Shown one piece after another: positions 63,630 to 64,000 of a stretch of 64,000 nucleotides of DNA (positions within the stretch are counted from its first letter, which is position 1; each line of letters opens with the position of its first letter). This DNA is from a virus. The position numbers and the translations under genes are program-made. Location of the stretch: the IMG/VR virus record IMGVR_UViG_3300025299_000105; one strand, 5' to 3'. Under the pieces are notes generated by a model. The model made no database searches. It saw nothing but the letters and a program-made list of their open reading frames with translations, and was not told the DNA's origin.

Positions 63630-64000
63630 TCACGAACCAGAGCTGGAAGCGGCGCCCTTCCGCGCAACCCAGTCGTCGACGCAGCGCTCCAGCAGATCCT
63701 GTCGCTCGCCCACCTCCGCCGCCAGGTATTGGCGGGCATGCGCCTGCGCCAGTTCGCTCGACAGGAACCACTGCTCGCGATCCGGGCTCCCTTGCGCCGG
63801 CGGCGCTCCCCATGCGGCAGTGCCCAGAAAGGCCTCGGTGACAGGCAATCGCCCATCGGTCTTGCCAAGCTCCGACAACGCATCGCGTGCGCCGCCAAGA
63901 ACAATGCGCACCTGCACGACCTCGTCGTCCGCCTCGATCTGCGCACCGAGGCCGCCAGCCTGATGCACCTGCCAGAGCTGTGCTGCAGAAGCATTGCGAA
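63630..64000 (-). CDS. Host hypothetical protein, 3' part
   Basis: Protein-like minus-strand frame ending at 63630, outside att; start probably beyond the window. Confidence 0.5.
   Translation of the reverse strand, partial: RNASAAQLWQVHQAGGLGAQIEADDEVVQVRIVLGGARDALSELGKTDGRLPVTEAFLGTAAWGAPPAQGSPDREQWFLSSELAQAHARQYLAAEVGERQDLLERCVDDWVARKGAASSSGS

Noticed and set aside
1-64000. CRISPR array, retron or diversity-generating retroelement
   Set aside because: No regularly spaced repeat-spacer array and no reverse transcriptase motif (YxDD in RT context) seen; no template/variable repeat pair noticed near the fibre gene.

Overview
Positions 1 to about 63,530 are one high-GC temperate prophage, probably from a betaproteobacterium (inferred from CTGT-N8-ACAG LexA boxes and gene content). 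Its right end is a tyrosine integrase followed by the 3' half of a tRNA-Lys(CTT), the att remnant; the left end lies outside the window. From left to right: early-type small genes; an SOS-box cassette with an SRAP peptidase; a thermonuclease; a leftward late region (terminases, P22-like portal, N4-gp56-like capsid, podovirus-type adaptor, stopper and ejection proteins, LamG fibre module, holin, SAR endolysin, spanins); a leftward replication/nin region (initiator, DnaB, RusA, helicase-methyltransferase fusion); the cro/cI switch; and a rightward early operon (recombination genes, C5 methyltransferase, TGT/DpdA-like enzyme, DUF5131, ASCH, MazG-like, J-domain, excisionase, integrase). Main observations: (1) a 17-bp motif, CSAACCYTASYGGGKKG, occurs six times, always 22 nt from an nAnnnT -10 box and in front of late modules, suggesting a distributed activator-dependent late-promoter system with no Q gene seen; (2) a translationally coupled operon of repeat-expanded C5 methyltransferase, Zn protein and minimal TGT-fold enzyme, with no preQ0 synthesis genes; (3) pR and pL are one identical 44-bp inverted repeat. 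All protein family calls are by motif recognition, not database search.
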